Sequence record: SRR20825019_3015 | DNA: 36,830 nucleotides | Strand: one strand, 5' to 3' | Shown: positions 1-8,880 of the stretch, piece after piece | How the letters are laid out: every line of letters begins with the position of its first letter | How positions within the stretch are numbered: the first letter of the stretch is position 1 | The notes under the pieces: model-generated | Told to the model about the DNA's origin: nothing | Database searches by the model: none | What the model saw: the letters and a program-made list of their open reading frames with translations, nothing else | Translations under genes and position numbers: made by a program

Positions 1-633
1 ATGGCCTCTTATCCTGCAGAAGGACGTGAGATAATGCTTAACGTACGTATTGCTACTCCACCTTGGGATCGTAACAAAAATGCTTGGATGGATGTAAATC
101 CTGGTATTGCTTCATCTTATATTTTTGCAAAGAAACCAGGAGATAAAGTAACTATATCTGGTCCATTTGGTGAATTCTTTATTAATCCAAGTGATTCAGA
201 AATGCTTTATGTTGGTGGTGGTGCAGGTATGGCGCCAATGCGTTCTCATCTTTATCACTTATTCCGTACACTTAAGACTGGTCGTAAAGTTACGTATTGG
301 TATGGAGGTCGTTCTAAAAGAGAGTTATTTTACTTAGATCACTTTAGAAATTTAGAAAAAGATTTTCCAAACTTTAAATTTTATCTAGCATTATCTGAAC
401 CGTTAGAAGAAGATAACTGGAAAGTAAAAGAAAATATTGATGCAGAAGGTGATGGCTTTGTAGGCTTTATTCACCAAGTAGTAATCAATAATTACTTAAA
501 TCACCATGAGTCTCCAGAAGATATCGAGTTATATTTCTGTGGACCACCATTAATGAACCAAGCCGTTCAAAAAATGGGTGAAGACTTTGGTATCCCAGAT
601 GAAAACATCAGATTCGATGATTTCGGAGGATAA
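1..633 (+). CDS. nqrF: Na+-translocating NADH:quinone reductase subunit F, C-terminal part (gene starts before the window)
   Basis: FNR-type NAD/FAD motifs [24 protein letters not shown] and the NqrF C-terminus FDDFGG; apbE lies downstream. Confidence 0.95.
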   Translation: MASYPAEGREIMLNVRIATPPWDRNKNAWMDVNPGIASSYIFAKKPGDKVTISGPFGEFFINPSDSEMLYVGGGAGMAPMRSHLYHLFRTLKTGRKVTYWYGGRSKRELFYLDHFRNLEKDFPNFKFYLALSEPLEEDNWKVKENIDAEGDGFVGFIHQVVINNYLNHHESPEDIELYFCGPPLMNQAVQKMGEDFGIPDENIRFDDFGG

Positions 634-654
634 TCCATTTTAATTCAACATATT

Positions 655-681
655 AAAGACGCTCTTATGAGCGTTTTTTTT
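655..681 (+). terminator. Intrinsic terminator after nqrF
   Basis: ACGCTC-ttat-GAGCGT hairpin followed by a T run. Confidence 0.8.
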
Positions 682-761
682 ATGCTTAAAATACCCATTT
701 TTAGGTATTTAGAGTCTTTAGGTTATTCTTTAAACTTGTATATAACTTAAATGTCTGCCCT

Positions 762-1286
762 ATGAAACTATTTATTATAGCTTGTTGTATGCTATTTTGG
801 TATACAACTAACGCACAAATAAATATTAATATAGAGAATGATACAATTTACTCTATTCAAGATCTTATTGAGCTAAAAGAATATTCATATTCTAAAACTC
901 ATCCACTAGAATTTGTGGGAAGTTTTGAAAAACTTAATGAATATACAAGAGACGGTTATTCTTGGAAAACAAAAGTCAAAATTTCACTACTTAAAGATGG
1001 AACTTGTAATACACTTTGGTATAATAGTGGTTTTGCTGATAAGCAACCCATTACTAAAGAAGTGCCTGGCTTTTGGGGTATTGCTGTAGATAAAGAAACG
1101 TCATTACCAATCACAAAGATGGTAAACGGAAATACTTATTACAGAATCATACTATCTTCTGGTTCAGATAAAACCTTGGCTTATTACGATAGACCCACAT
1201 ACGATGATTGGATTATAGTGAACCCTAACAAAGAAGTTTTTCTCAAACTTATTTTTTCTAGTGATGAACCTATAAAGAAGACCTAG
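762..1286 (+). CDS. Hypothetical secreted protein
   Basis: 174-aa ORF with Sec-type signal peptide (MKLFIIACCMLFWYTTNA/Q, Gln at +1 as is typical in Bacteroidota). Confidence 0.7.
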   Translation: MKLFIIACCMLFWYTTNAQININIENDTIYSIQDLIELKEYSYSKTHPLEFVGSFEKLNEYTRDGYSWKTKVKISLLKDGTCNTLWYNSGFADKQPITKEVPGFWGIAVDKETSLPITKMVNGNTYYRIILSSGSDKTLAYYDRPTYDDWIIVNPNKEVFLKLIFSSDEPIKKT

Positions 1287-1337
1287 TTTTTAGTTACATT
1301 CTTAAGTGCAAACTCTTACTTATTTTAGGGGTTTATT

Positions 1338-1345
1338 TACCTTTG
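1338..1345 (+). promoter_or_regulatory. Bacteroidota primary-sigma -7 element
   Basis: TACCTTTG matches TAnnTTTG, 4 nt before ATG 1350. Confidence 0.65.
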
Positions 1346-1349
1346 TAAA

Positions 1350-1706
1350 ATGGCACTATTAACTGAGCAGGAACTTCATAATTTAGCTATGAATATTGTA
1401 GGAAAAGACCTTGAATCTAAAGGGTTTGAGTTTCTTGCGGTAAATTCTAAATTAAAAAAGGATCCTCAATTTGTAGCTCTTAAAGATAAAATTCTTCATT
1501 TTGTAGTAGTAAGAGCTATTACTTTTCCAGATAATGCCAATAGTTATGACAAGGACTTTATGCAAACCATAAAGGATCATGCCATAAAATTTGAAGCCAA
1601 AACATATTATGCTGGTGTAGGTCTAGGGAACTCAAATAACTACCAACAACCGTTAGAGCAAGGTGATGCGTATGCGGTTATATATAATGGTTTACAAGAG
1701 GTATGA
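1350..1706 (+). CDS. Conserved hypothetical protein, possibly a degenerate YraN/PD-(D/E)XK-like fold; coupled to apbE
   Basis: 118-aa ORF with ATGA overlap to apbE; pattern LESKGFEFLAVN...LHFVVVR. Confidence 0.7.
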   Translation: MALLTEQELHNLAMNIVGKDLESKGFEFLAVNSKLKKDPQFVALKDKILHFVVVRAITFPDNANSYDKDFMQTIKDHAIKFEAKTYYAGVGLGNSNNYQQPLEQGDAYAVIYNGLQEV

Positions 1707-2707
1707 AAAAGTGTTTATTCTTATTAGCTATTTTTTTTATTTGGTCTTGTAATGATAATGATCAAAATGAGAAACGTATTAGTGGTAACGCTTTAGGTAC
1801 TACCTATCAAATAATCTATTTTGATGATTTAGATGAAGAAGTGTTTACAAAAGACATGGATTCTCTATTAAATGCTGTTAATTCATCACTAAGCACATAC
1901 CAATCAGATTCTGATATTTCAAAATTAAATGCTGGAGACACTACTATTGTTATTGATGATATGTTTGCTGAAGTATTTCAACTTTCTAAGAAAATACATA
2001 AAGAAAGTTCAGGTTATTTTGATCCTACAGTTGGTAACCTAGTAAATGCTTACGGGTTTGGTTCTAAGAAATTTACAACAGTTGTAGATAGTACTGTAAT
2101 TGATTCCTTAACTACCTATGTAGGATTAGATAAAGTAGTACTTAACAAAAATAGAACTATATCTAAAAAACATCCAGAAGTTTACTTAGAGTTTAACTCC
2201 ATAGCAAAAGGCTATTGTTTAGATAGAATTTCAACTTATCTAAAAGAAAAGGATATTTCTAATTTCTTAATTGAATTAGGAGGAGAACTAGTAGCAAGTG
2301 GAAGTAAGCAACCTGAAAATAAACTCTGGGTAGCTGGTATAGAAGAGCCTTTGGAAGATGGCTCAAGGGCAATTGCAAAAACCGTGAAGCTAAAAGATAT
2401 AGCTATGGCAACTTCTGGAAACTATAGAAAATATAAAATAGACAGTCTTTCTGGTGAAAAATATGTACATACAATTAACCCTTTAACAGGTTTTCCTGAG
2501 CAGAATGATATGTTAAGTGCTTCTGTATTTGCTCAAACTTGTGCAGAGGCAGATGCCTATGCAACCACGTTTATGACAATGGGTTTTAAAAAGTCTAAAC
2601 AACTACTTGATTCTTTACAAAGTATAGATGCTTATCTTATGTATTTAAATACCGATAATGAGATAGAAGTGTATGTAACAAAAGGCATAGAGCCTTTTAT
2701 AAATTAA
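1703..2707 (+). CDS. apbE: FAD:protein FMN transferase (ApbE lipoprotein)
   Basis: Lipobox IWSC; motifs FDPTVG, SIAKGY, ATSGNY, HTINPLTG, ADAYAT; near nqr. Confidence 0.93.
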   Translation: MKKCLFLLAIFFIWSCNDNDQNEKRISGNALGTTYQIIYFDDLDEEVFTKDMDSLLNAVNSSLSTYQSDSDISKLNAGDTTIVIDDMFAEVFQLSKKIHKESSGYFDPTVGNLVNAYGFGSKKFTTVVDSTVIDSLTTYVGLDKVVLNKNRTISKKHPEVYLEFNSIAKGYCLDRISTYLKEKDISNFLIELGGELVASGSKQPENKLWVAGIEEPLEDGSRAIAKTVKLKDIAMATSGNYRKYKIDSLSGEKYVHTINPLTGFPEQNDMLSASVFAQTCAEADAYATTFMTMGFKKSKQLLDSLQSIDAYLMYLNTDNEIEVYVTKGIEPFIN

Positions 2708-3471
2708 GGTTTAGTACAAACAGGTAAAAGTTCTCCCCAAGCCAATCTAAACCTATCTGAAGCCTCTTTTCCTATAGTTTTTGTATAATCTATTGCATCT
2801 ACTTTAAAACCGTGAGAACGTAATATATCAAAGTAATCTAACCCATATACTCTTACATGGTCATATTGACCAAAAATCTTTGCTCGCTCTTTGGCGTCTG
2901 TAATGCTGTCATCCTCAAAAGTAGTAGCTCTTTCTGTCTCTTGAGGAACTTGTAGTATTGCAGTTCCACCTGATTTTAAAACTCTGTACAATTCAGAAAT
3001 AGCTTTATGATGATCTGGAATATGCTCTAATACATGATTACATAAAATAAAATCATAAGCGTTATCTTGAAAAGGTAGGTTGCAAATATCTGCCTTAACA
3101 TCTGCTAAAGGCGAATTAAGATCTGTAGTGGTGTAGTCTAAATGTTCTAGAGACCTAAATCTTTTATAAAATGCTTGTTCCGGAGCAAAATGAAGCACTT
3201 TTTGTGGTGTGGTAAAAAATGTAGTTTCGTTTTTAAGATATAGCCAAAGTAATCTATGCCTTTCTAAAGAAAGCGTAGAAGGTGATAGTACGTTTTCTCG
3301 TTGGGTTTCATAGCCATATGGTAAAAACTTCTTATACGATTTGCCATCTATAGGATCTGTATAGGTGTCACCTTTATAAAGCCTTGCTAATATTGGTCGC
3401 GCAATATAGCTTAACCTTATTAGTAATGGTCTAGGCACCACATTAAGAATGCTACTAAAAACAGTTTTCAA
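2704..3471 (-). CDS. Class I SAM-dependent methyltransferase
   Basis: VLHFAPE, ADICNLPF, DFILCNHVLEH, RVLKSGG motifs; TTG start 1 nt after the map stop. Confidence 0.85.
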   Translation of the reverse strand: MKTVFSSILNVVPRPLLIRLSYIARPILARLYKGDTYTDPIDGKSYKKFLPYGYETQRENVLSPSTLSLERHRLLWLYLKNETTFFTTPQKVLHFAPEQAFYKRFRSLEHLDYTTTDLNSPLADVKADICNLPFQDNAYDFILCNHVLEHIPDHHKAISELYRVLKSGGTAILQVPQETERATTFEDDSITDAKERAKIFGQYDHVRVYGLDYFDILRSHGFKVDAIDYTKTIGKEASDRFRLAWGELLPVCTKP

Positions 3472-3472
3472 C

Positions 3473-4306
3473 TTATGATTCTTGTAAAAGTGTAGTTAAG
3501 TCTAACCTAAACTCATCCTCTTCATTTGTGGTAATTCCTAGAGCTTCGTGAACATAATCGAACGTAGATAATAAAACAGGCTTACCGTCTACAATGGCAA
3601 CATCATGTTCAAAGTGCACACTTGGTTTGCCATCTGCAGTAAGAATTGTCCAACCATCAGATAATTGCTTTATACGTTTTGCTCCCATATTTATCATAGG
3701 TTCAATAGCAACTGTCATACCTTCAATAAATTTCTTACCGCGACCACGTTTACCATAGTTTGGCATTTCTGGATCTTCATGCATCTTTCGGCCAATACCG
3801 TGACCAACTAATTCTCTTACTACAGAATAACCTCTTTGTTCGCAGTATTTTTGTATTGCAAAACCAACATCGCCAACTCTATTACCTTCCTTAAGTTGTT
3901 TAATACCAACGTAAAGAGACTCTTTAGTAGTTTTAATTAATTTTTTTGTGGCTTCATCTACTTCACCAATTTCAAAGGTGTAAGCGTGATCTCCGTAAAA
4001 TTCATTCTTAATTGCACCACAATCAACAGAAATAATATCACCTTCTTTAAAGGGAATGTCTTTTGGGATTCCGTGTACTACTTCTGCATTTGGAGATATA
4101 AGTAGAGTAGAAGGACAATCATATAAACCTTTAAAACCTGGTATTGCGTTTTCTTCTTCTCTAATGTAAGCTTCTGCTAGAGCATCTAACCTTGCACCTG
4201 TAACGCCTGGTTTAATTTCCTTTGCCAACATACCTAAGGTTCTAGAAACTACATGTGCGCTTTCTCGCATTAAAGCGATTTCTTCTCTTGTTTTTGCTAT
4301 AATCAT
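3473..4306 (-). CDS. map: Type I methionine aminopeptidase
   Basis: VVHGIP, SVDCG, GDHAYT, GHGIG..MHE, AIEPM, HFEH metal-binding motifs. Confidence 0.96.
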   Translation of the reverse strand: MIIAKTREEIALMRESAHVVSRTLGMLAKEIKPGVTGARLDALAEAYIREEENAIPGFKGLYDCPSTLLISPNAEVVHGIPKDIPFKEGDIISVDCGAIKNEFYGDHAYTFEIGEVDEATKKLIKTTKESLYVGIKQLKEGNRVGDVGFAIQKYCEQRGYSVVRELVGHGIGRKMHEDPEMPNYGKRGRGKKFIEGMTVAIEPMINMGAKRIKQLSDGWTILTADGKPSVHFEHDVAIVDGKPVLLSTFDYVHEALGITTNEEDEFRLDLTTLLQES

Positions 4307-4315
4307 AATTGGGTA

Positions 4316-4879
4316 TTACTCTGCGTAACTGTGTTTGTATGGTTGGCCAGATACTATTTTTAAAATATCTTCTGCCAATGTTTCTTGGGCGTACTCAACA
4401 AATCTATTTACTTCTTTGCCGTTCTTACTAAATATAATTGTTGGTACTTTTATAATATTATAACCTTCTTGGAGGTTATTAGGTGTTACTTTTTTACGGT
4501 CTACAGATATTACTTCTAAGTTGGCCATATTATAACCAGACTCTTCTAGTAATTTATAGAGTTTAGGTGTTTCTCGCTTACTATCACTACACCAAGTACC
4601 CATAAACACCTTAATATCATAATCATTAATGTATTTGCTTATGGCATCAGCTGTTTCTGCATTTATACTATAGTCTTCATATCTTGGCGAGAACCAATCT
4701 CCATAGGGCGCATTCATAAAGTCTTCTTTTGTGAGAATACTAGATGGTATTTTTACCATAATTGAGTCTACTTTAGCTGTAGTTTCTGTTGAAGTTGCTG
4801 TACTTTCTACAGCAGTTTTTTGGTGACCACAAGACATAAGGGTTACACATAAAACAAGGATAAAAAATGTTAATCTCAT
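4316..4879 (-). CDS. Thioredoxin-family lipoprotein (monothiol CxxS)
   Basis: Lipobox LMSC; GTWCSDS active site; cis-Pro loop KVPT. Confidence 0.85.
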   Translation of the reverse strand: MRLTFFILVLCVTLMSCGHQKTAVESTATSTETTAKVDSIMVKIPSSILTKEDFMNAPYGDWFSPRYEDYSINAETADAISKYINDYDIKVFMGTWCSDSKRETPKLYKLLEESGYNMANLEVISVDRKKVTPNNLQEGYNIIKVPTIIFSKNGKEVNRFVEYAQETLAEDILKIVSGQPYKHSYAE

Positions 4880-6390
4880 AATAATGAATTTTGAGTCATT
4901 AATTTAGGTTTTGCAACTCCCATTAAATGTAATATTGTAGGTGCTATATCTCCCAATACACCATCTTTAATGGTTTTAAGAGAATCATCTACCAATAGCA
5001 TTGGCACAGGATTGGTTGTATGTGCTGTATTAGGTGAGCCATCTGGATTTACCATTACCTCACTATTACCGTGATCTGCAATTACAATAGTTGTGTAGCC
5101 TTGTAACTTAGCAGCATCAATTAGTGTTTGCGCACAAGAATCTACAGTTTCACAGGCTTTTATAGCTGCATTAAAATCTCCAGTATGACCAACCATATCT
5201 GGATTTGCAAAGTTAATGCAAATAAAATCGCTAGCAGTTGTCTCAATGTGAGCTTTTACACGTTCTGTTAACTCAAAAGCACTCATTTCTGGTTGTAAAT
5301 CGTAAGTGGCAACATTAGGAGATTTTGCCATAATCCTTGTTTCACCCTTAAAAGGTTGTTCTCTTCCGCCAGAAAAGAAAAAAGTAACGTGCGGATATTT
5401 TTCGGTTTCTGCAGCGCGTAATTGAGTTTTACCACTCCATTCTAAAACTTCGCCTAAGGTTTCTTTAATATTTTCTTTTTTAAAGATGACTTTAATATCA
5501 TTAAAGGTTTCATCATACATTGTCATAGTAACAAAATATAATGGTAGCTTAGCCATACCTTCTTCAACAAAATCTCTTTGGGTTAGTGCATTTGTTAATT
5601 GCCTACCACGATCTGTTCTAAAATTAAAGAATATAACAACATCGTTTGGGTTTATAGTAGCAACAGGATTGTCATTATTTGTGCAGATAAGCGGTTTTAT
5701 AAACTCATCTGTAATGCCGTCGTCATAATTAGACTGTATACTTTTAAGTATATTATTTGTTGGCTGTCCTTCTGCATTTACCAGTGCATCATAAGCTAAT
5801 TTGGTGCGCTCCCATCTTGTGTCTCTATCCATTGCATAATATCTGCCGGTAACTGTGGCAAGCTCTGCATTATATTTTGGCAATGTGGTTATTAAGTTTT
5901 CAATAAAACCTTTACCTGATTGTGGGTCTACATCACGGCCATCTGTAAAGGCGTGTATGTAATTTTTAGAAATACCGTAAGCATTTGCAGCACTTAAAAG
6001 TCCGTTTAGATGAGATGTGTGAGAATGTACGCCACCATCTGAAAGTAATCCTATATAATGTACAGGTTTATTAAACTCTTTTGCATAGCTAAAAGCACGT
6101 TGTAGGACCTCTTCATCTTTTAAGGTGTTTTGAGCTACAGCGTTATTAATTTTAGCAAGATCTTGATAAACTATGCGTCCTGCACCTAAATTCATATGGC
6201 CAACTTCGCTGTTTCCCATTTGTCCTTCTGGTAATCCTACGTTCATACCATCTGTGCGTAATGTAGCATTTGGATATTTTGTATACAATGCATCTATATA
6301 AGGTGTATTTGCAGCATCGACAGCAGAGACAGATGTATCTGTTGCAATTCCCCAACCATCTAAGATCATTAACATTACTTTTTTATCCAT
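4876..6390 (-). CDS. gpmI: 2,3-bisphosphoglycerate-independent phosphoglycerate mutase
   Basis: LMILDGWG, GNSEVGH, DGGVHSH, GRYYAMDRD, AETEKYPHVTFF, DMVGHTG, ADHGN; start is ATG 6390 or 6396 because the track's TTG 6408 lies inside the promoter element. Confidence 0.96.
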   Translation of the reverse strand: MDKKVMLMILDGWGIATDTSVSAVDAANTPYIDALYTKYPNATLRTDGMNVGLPEGQMGNSEVGHMNLGAGRIVYQDLAKINNAVAQNTLKDEEVLQRAFSYAKEFNKPVHYIGLLSDGGVHSHTSHLNGLLSAANAYGISKNYIHAFTDGRDVDPQSGKGFIENLITTLPKYNAELATVTGRYYAMDRDTRWERTKLAYDALVNAEGQPTNNILKSIQSNYDDGITDEFIKPLICTNNDNPVATINPNDVVIFFNFRTDRGRQLTNALTQRDFVEEGMAKLPLYFVTMTMYDETFNDIKVIFKKENIKETLGEVLEWSGKTQLRAAETEKYPHVTFFFSGGREQPFKGETRIMAKSPNVATYDLQPEMSAFELTERVKAHIETTASDFICINFANPDMVGHTGDFNAAIKACETVDSCAQTLIDAAKLQGYTTIVIADHGNSEVMVNPDGSPNTAHTTNPVPMLLVDDSLKTIKDGVLGDIAPTILHLMGVAKPKLMTQNSLL

Positions 6391-6405
6391 AGCCATATTT
6401 TTTGG

Positions 6406-6413
6406 CAAAGATA
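6406..6413 (-). promoter_or_regulatory. -7 promoter element for gpmI-trx-map-methyltransferase
   Basis: Minus strand TATCTTTG. Confidence 0.7.
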
Positions 6414-6721
6414 AGGAAGACCTAAGACATACAACTTTAGTTTAGCAAGCTGAATTTTTAGAAATAGGATTGAAAATTTAAACCTAATTAGGAATTATTT
6501 TTCACATTGAAAGCACATTGAATTTCAGGAGTTTTAAAACATAAATTTAAGCACTAAAATTAGGCGACTAACTTTCAGTTTTATCTGTTTTAAAACAAAT
6601 TAAGAAGATAATGTTAGCAAACAATTAAGTCTTTGCAACTTTTCATTTTTTATTAGGTTATTCTTAAAATCGGTGCCAACTTTGCACTGTGAAAAGGAAG
6701 TAAGAATTTAGTTTAAAAACA

Positions 6722-6865
6722 ATGAGAAGACTCTTTATAGTAATAGCACTTTGCCTATTTGCTTTTGGGTTTGCCAAGCACTTTAAAAAAGACTTAAAGA
6801 CGTTTAAAGCAGATCAAGAACAGATAGATGAGCCCATTACAAAGGCCGCTAAACTGAAACGATAA
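6722..6865 (+). CDS. Small 47-aa protein with N-terminal hydrophobic segment (not in ORF track)
   Basis: MRRLFIVIALCLFAFGFAKHFKKDLKTFKADQEQIDEPITKAAKLKR*; A-rich upstream context; strong terminator directly after the stop. Confidence 0.6.
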   Translation: MRRLFIVIALCLFAFGFAKHFKKDLKTFKADQEQIDEPITKAAKLKR

Positions 6866-6869
6866 ATAC

Positions 6870-6901
6870 AAAGGAGCTACTGAATAAACAGTAGCTCCTT
6901 T
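6870..6901. terminator. Probable bidirectional terminator
   Basis: Perfect 13-bp inverted repeat AAAGGAGCTACTG-aataaa-CAGTAGCTCCTTT between convergent genes. Confidence 0.8.
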
Positions 6902-6945
6902 AAATTTATAATGCACTTAAAACTGTAAGTATAAACTTCATTTTA

Positions 6946-7590
6946 CTACAATTCTAAAAGTTCTTTTAGCACATCTTTATAAACCGAAACGGGTTGTGCT
7001 CCAGATAAAGCACTTTTATGATTAAAGACCATTGTAGGAACAGAAGTAACACCTAAATTTTGCCATTTTTTCTCTTTAGCAACAACTTCATTTTTATAAC
7101 TTACATCCTCTAAGCGTTGTTCTGCTTCTGTCTTATTTAATCCAACAGTTTCAACAGCATCTAACAATATAGTTTTTTCTGAGATGTCTTTTCCTTCGCT
7201 AAAAAATAAGGAGACTAATTCTAGGTTTAATTCGGTTTGTTTGTGTTGTTCATTTGCATATTCTAACACAATATGCGCATCTCTTGTATTAACCATTCTC
7301 AAGGCATCGTTATAATTAAATGTAAACCCTAATTCGGCTCCAAATTGTGTCATACGTTCTTGAGACTGTTTTTGATCTTCTAAAGATGCACCATACTTTT
7401 CAGAAATATGTTCTTGTACAAGCTGTCCTTCTTTAGGCATATTTGGATTTAACTCAAATGGTTGCCACTCAATAGTTACTTGTTCTTCTACATTTAATTC
7501 CTTATTAGCTTGCTCCAAGCGTTTGTAGCCTATAATGCACCAAGGACATACAACATCTGATACAATATCTATCTTAAGTTGTTTTGACAT
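6946..7590 (-). CDS. DsbA-family oxidoreductase, FrnE-like
   Basis: DIVSDVVCPWCIIG, WQPFELNP, GVTSVPT, GAQP; no signal peptide. Confidence 0.9.
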   Translation of the reverse strand: MSKQLKIDIVSDVVCPWCIIGYKRLEQANKELNVEEQVTIEWQPFELNPNMPKEGQLVQEHISEKYGASLEDQKQSQERMTQFGAELGFTFNYNDALRMVNTRDAHIVLEYANEQHKQTELNLELVSLFFSEGKDISEKTILLDAVETVGLNKTEAEQRLEDVSYKNEVVAKEKKWQNLGVTSVPTMVFNHKSALSGAQPVSVYKDVLKELLEL

Positions 7591-7602
7591 ATTTTTTTAT
7601 TT

Positions 7603-7639
7603 AAAAATACAGAAACCTAATTAGCTTAGGCTTCTGTAT
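7603..7639 (-). terminator. Hairpin terminator between the AhpD-like and FrnE-like genes
   Basis: Minus strand ATACAGAAGCCTAA-gctaa-TTAGGTTTCTGTAT (one G-U pair) followed by a T run. Confidence 0.65.
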
Positions 7640-7652
7640 ATGTATACTTTTT

Positions 7653-8210
7653 TTACTTAGAGGTTTTCTCCCAAGCAAATTTCTCAAAAGCATCATCAAC
7701 CGGAGTTTCTGCAATGTGATTAGTGTAATTACTAATTACTTTTTGTGAAAGACCTAAGATTATTTCTAAGAGTTGTCTTTCACCATAACCAGCATCGTAA
7801 AAAGCTTTTAGCTCTTCATCACTTACATTACCACGATTTTTAACAACAGATAATGTCATTGTACGCAATGCTTCTAATTTTTTGCTAGGTAATTCTGTCT
7901 CATTACGAAGGGCATCTGTAATAGCATCATCTACCTTCATCATCTTTGCAATTCCTGTATGCGCAGGAACACAGTAATGACATCCATGTTCTACATTAAT
8001 ACTTTGCCAAACAACCGTAAGCTCATCATTATTAAAAGATGAGTTTGTAAATAGCTCATGTAAGGTTTGGTAAGCATCTAATAAACCTGGAGCACCAGCT
8101 AAAACACCGTGTAATCCTGGAATCATACCATATGCTTTCTGAGATTTTTCTAATAAAGGCTTGCTCTCTTCTGGAGCTGTCTCTGCGTTGTGAATTTTTA
8201 ATGTACTCAT
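7653..8210 (-). CDS. Carboxymuconolactone decarboxylase/AhpD-family protein
   Basis: GCHYCVPAH (CxxCxxxH), SNYTNH; ATG 8210 preferred to TTG 8219. Confidence 0.88.
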   Translation of the reverse strand: MSTLKIHNAETAPEESKPLLEKSQKAYGMIPGLHGVLAGAPGLLDAYQTLHELFTNSSFNNDELTVVWQSINVEHGCHYCVPAHTGIAKMMKVDDAITDALRNETELPSKKLEALRTMTLSVVKNRGNVSDEELKAFYDAGYGERQLLEIILGLSQKVISNYTNHIAETPVDDAFEKFAWEKTSK

Positions 8211-8240
8211 AATTTTCAATTTTAATGTTAGTAATTATTA

Positions 8241-8260
8241 AACTAAGCAATTGCTTAGTT
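8241..8260. promoter_or_regulatory. Putative TetR operator 1
   Basis: Perfect 20-bp palindrome AACTAAGCAATTGCTTAGTT upstream of the AhpD-like gene. Confidence 0.75.
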
Positions 8261-8278
8261 ATAGGGTAAAAAAATAGA

Positions 8279-8842
8279 TTATATATTTTTAAATGTTGTT
8301 TCTATATAATCTTCTAGTTGTTCGTCGTTAAGAATTCTAGAACCTAACGACAATCCTAGCATAGATGTCATTAAGTAGTTAGATTCTCTTGTAATATCTT
8401 CTTTTGTCTTTGTAGTTTCCTGTTTTAAGTTGTTTATAAACAGAACTTTAATTTCTTCTGTAAACTTTAATAACTCTTTCATCAAATCCTCTTCTGCATT
8501 GTTGCCAAGCTCACTAACGGTGTTACAAACTAAGCATCCTTTTCTAGAGGTATTGTCTTTTGTGAATTCTAAAAAATCATAAAAGAACTGTTTAATTCCA
8601 GTTGTACCAGAGTTAGAATCTCTTAATTTATGTCTAATAGAATTCAACTGAACTTTGTACGCCTTAATACTTTCTACAAATACACCATGTTTACTTCCAA
8701 AACTAGAGTATATAGAAAATTGATTAATTCCCATTTCTTTTTCCAGCATACGTATAGATGTGGTTTCATAACCATTCTTCCAAAAAAGGTTCATTGCTTT
8801 TTGGATCACATCGTGTTCGTTATATTGTTTTGTTCTAGCCAT
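8279..8842 (-). CDS. TetR/AcrR-family regulator, NemR-like
   Basis: MARTK..., AMNLFWKNGYETTS, SIYSSFGSK helix-turn-helix; KGCLVCN cysteines; ATG 8842 (the track's TTG 8860 lies inside the -7 element). Confidence 0.92.
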   Translation of the reverse strand: MARTKQYNEHDVIQKAMNLFWKNGYETTSIRMLEKEMGINQFSIYSSFGSKHGVFVESIKAYKVQLNSIRHKLRDSNSGTTGIKQFFYDFLEFTKDNTSRKGCLVCNTVSELGNNAEEDLMKELLKFTEEIKVLFINNLKQETTKTKEDITRESNYLMTSMLGLSLGSRILNDEQLEDYIETTFKNI

Positions 8843-8857
8843 AATTTTAAGAGAATA

Positions 8858-8880
8858 CAAAACTAAGCAATCGCTTTGTT
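8858..8880 (-). promoter_or_regulatory. tetR promoter -7 element overlapped by putative operator 2
   Basis: AACTAAGCAATCGCTTTGTT at 8861-8880 (18/20 identical to operator 1); minus strand TAGTTTTG at 8865-8858. Confidence 0.75.

Noticed and set aside
5486-6355. Short track ORFs 5486-5728, 5599-5799 and 6152-6355
   Set aside because: Antisense or alternate-frame shadows inside gpmI
6661-6680. Minus-strand TTGGCAC as a sigma54 promoter for gpmI
   Set aside because: No credible -12 element, and gpmI already has a perfect TATCTTTG
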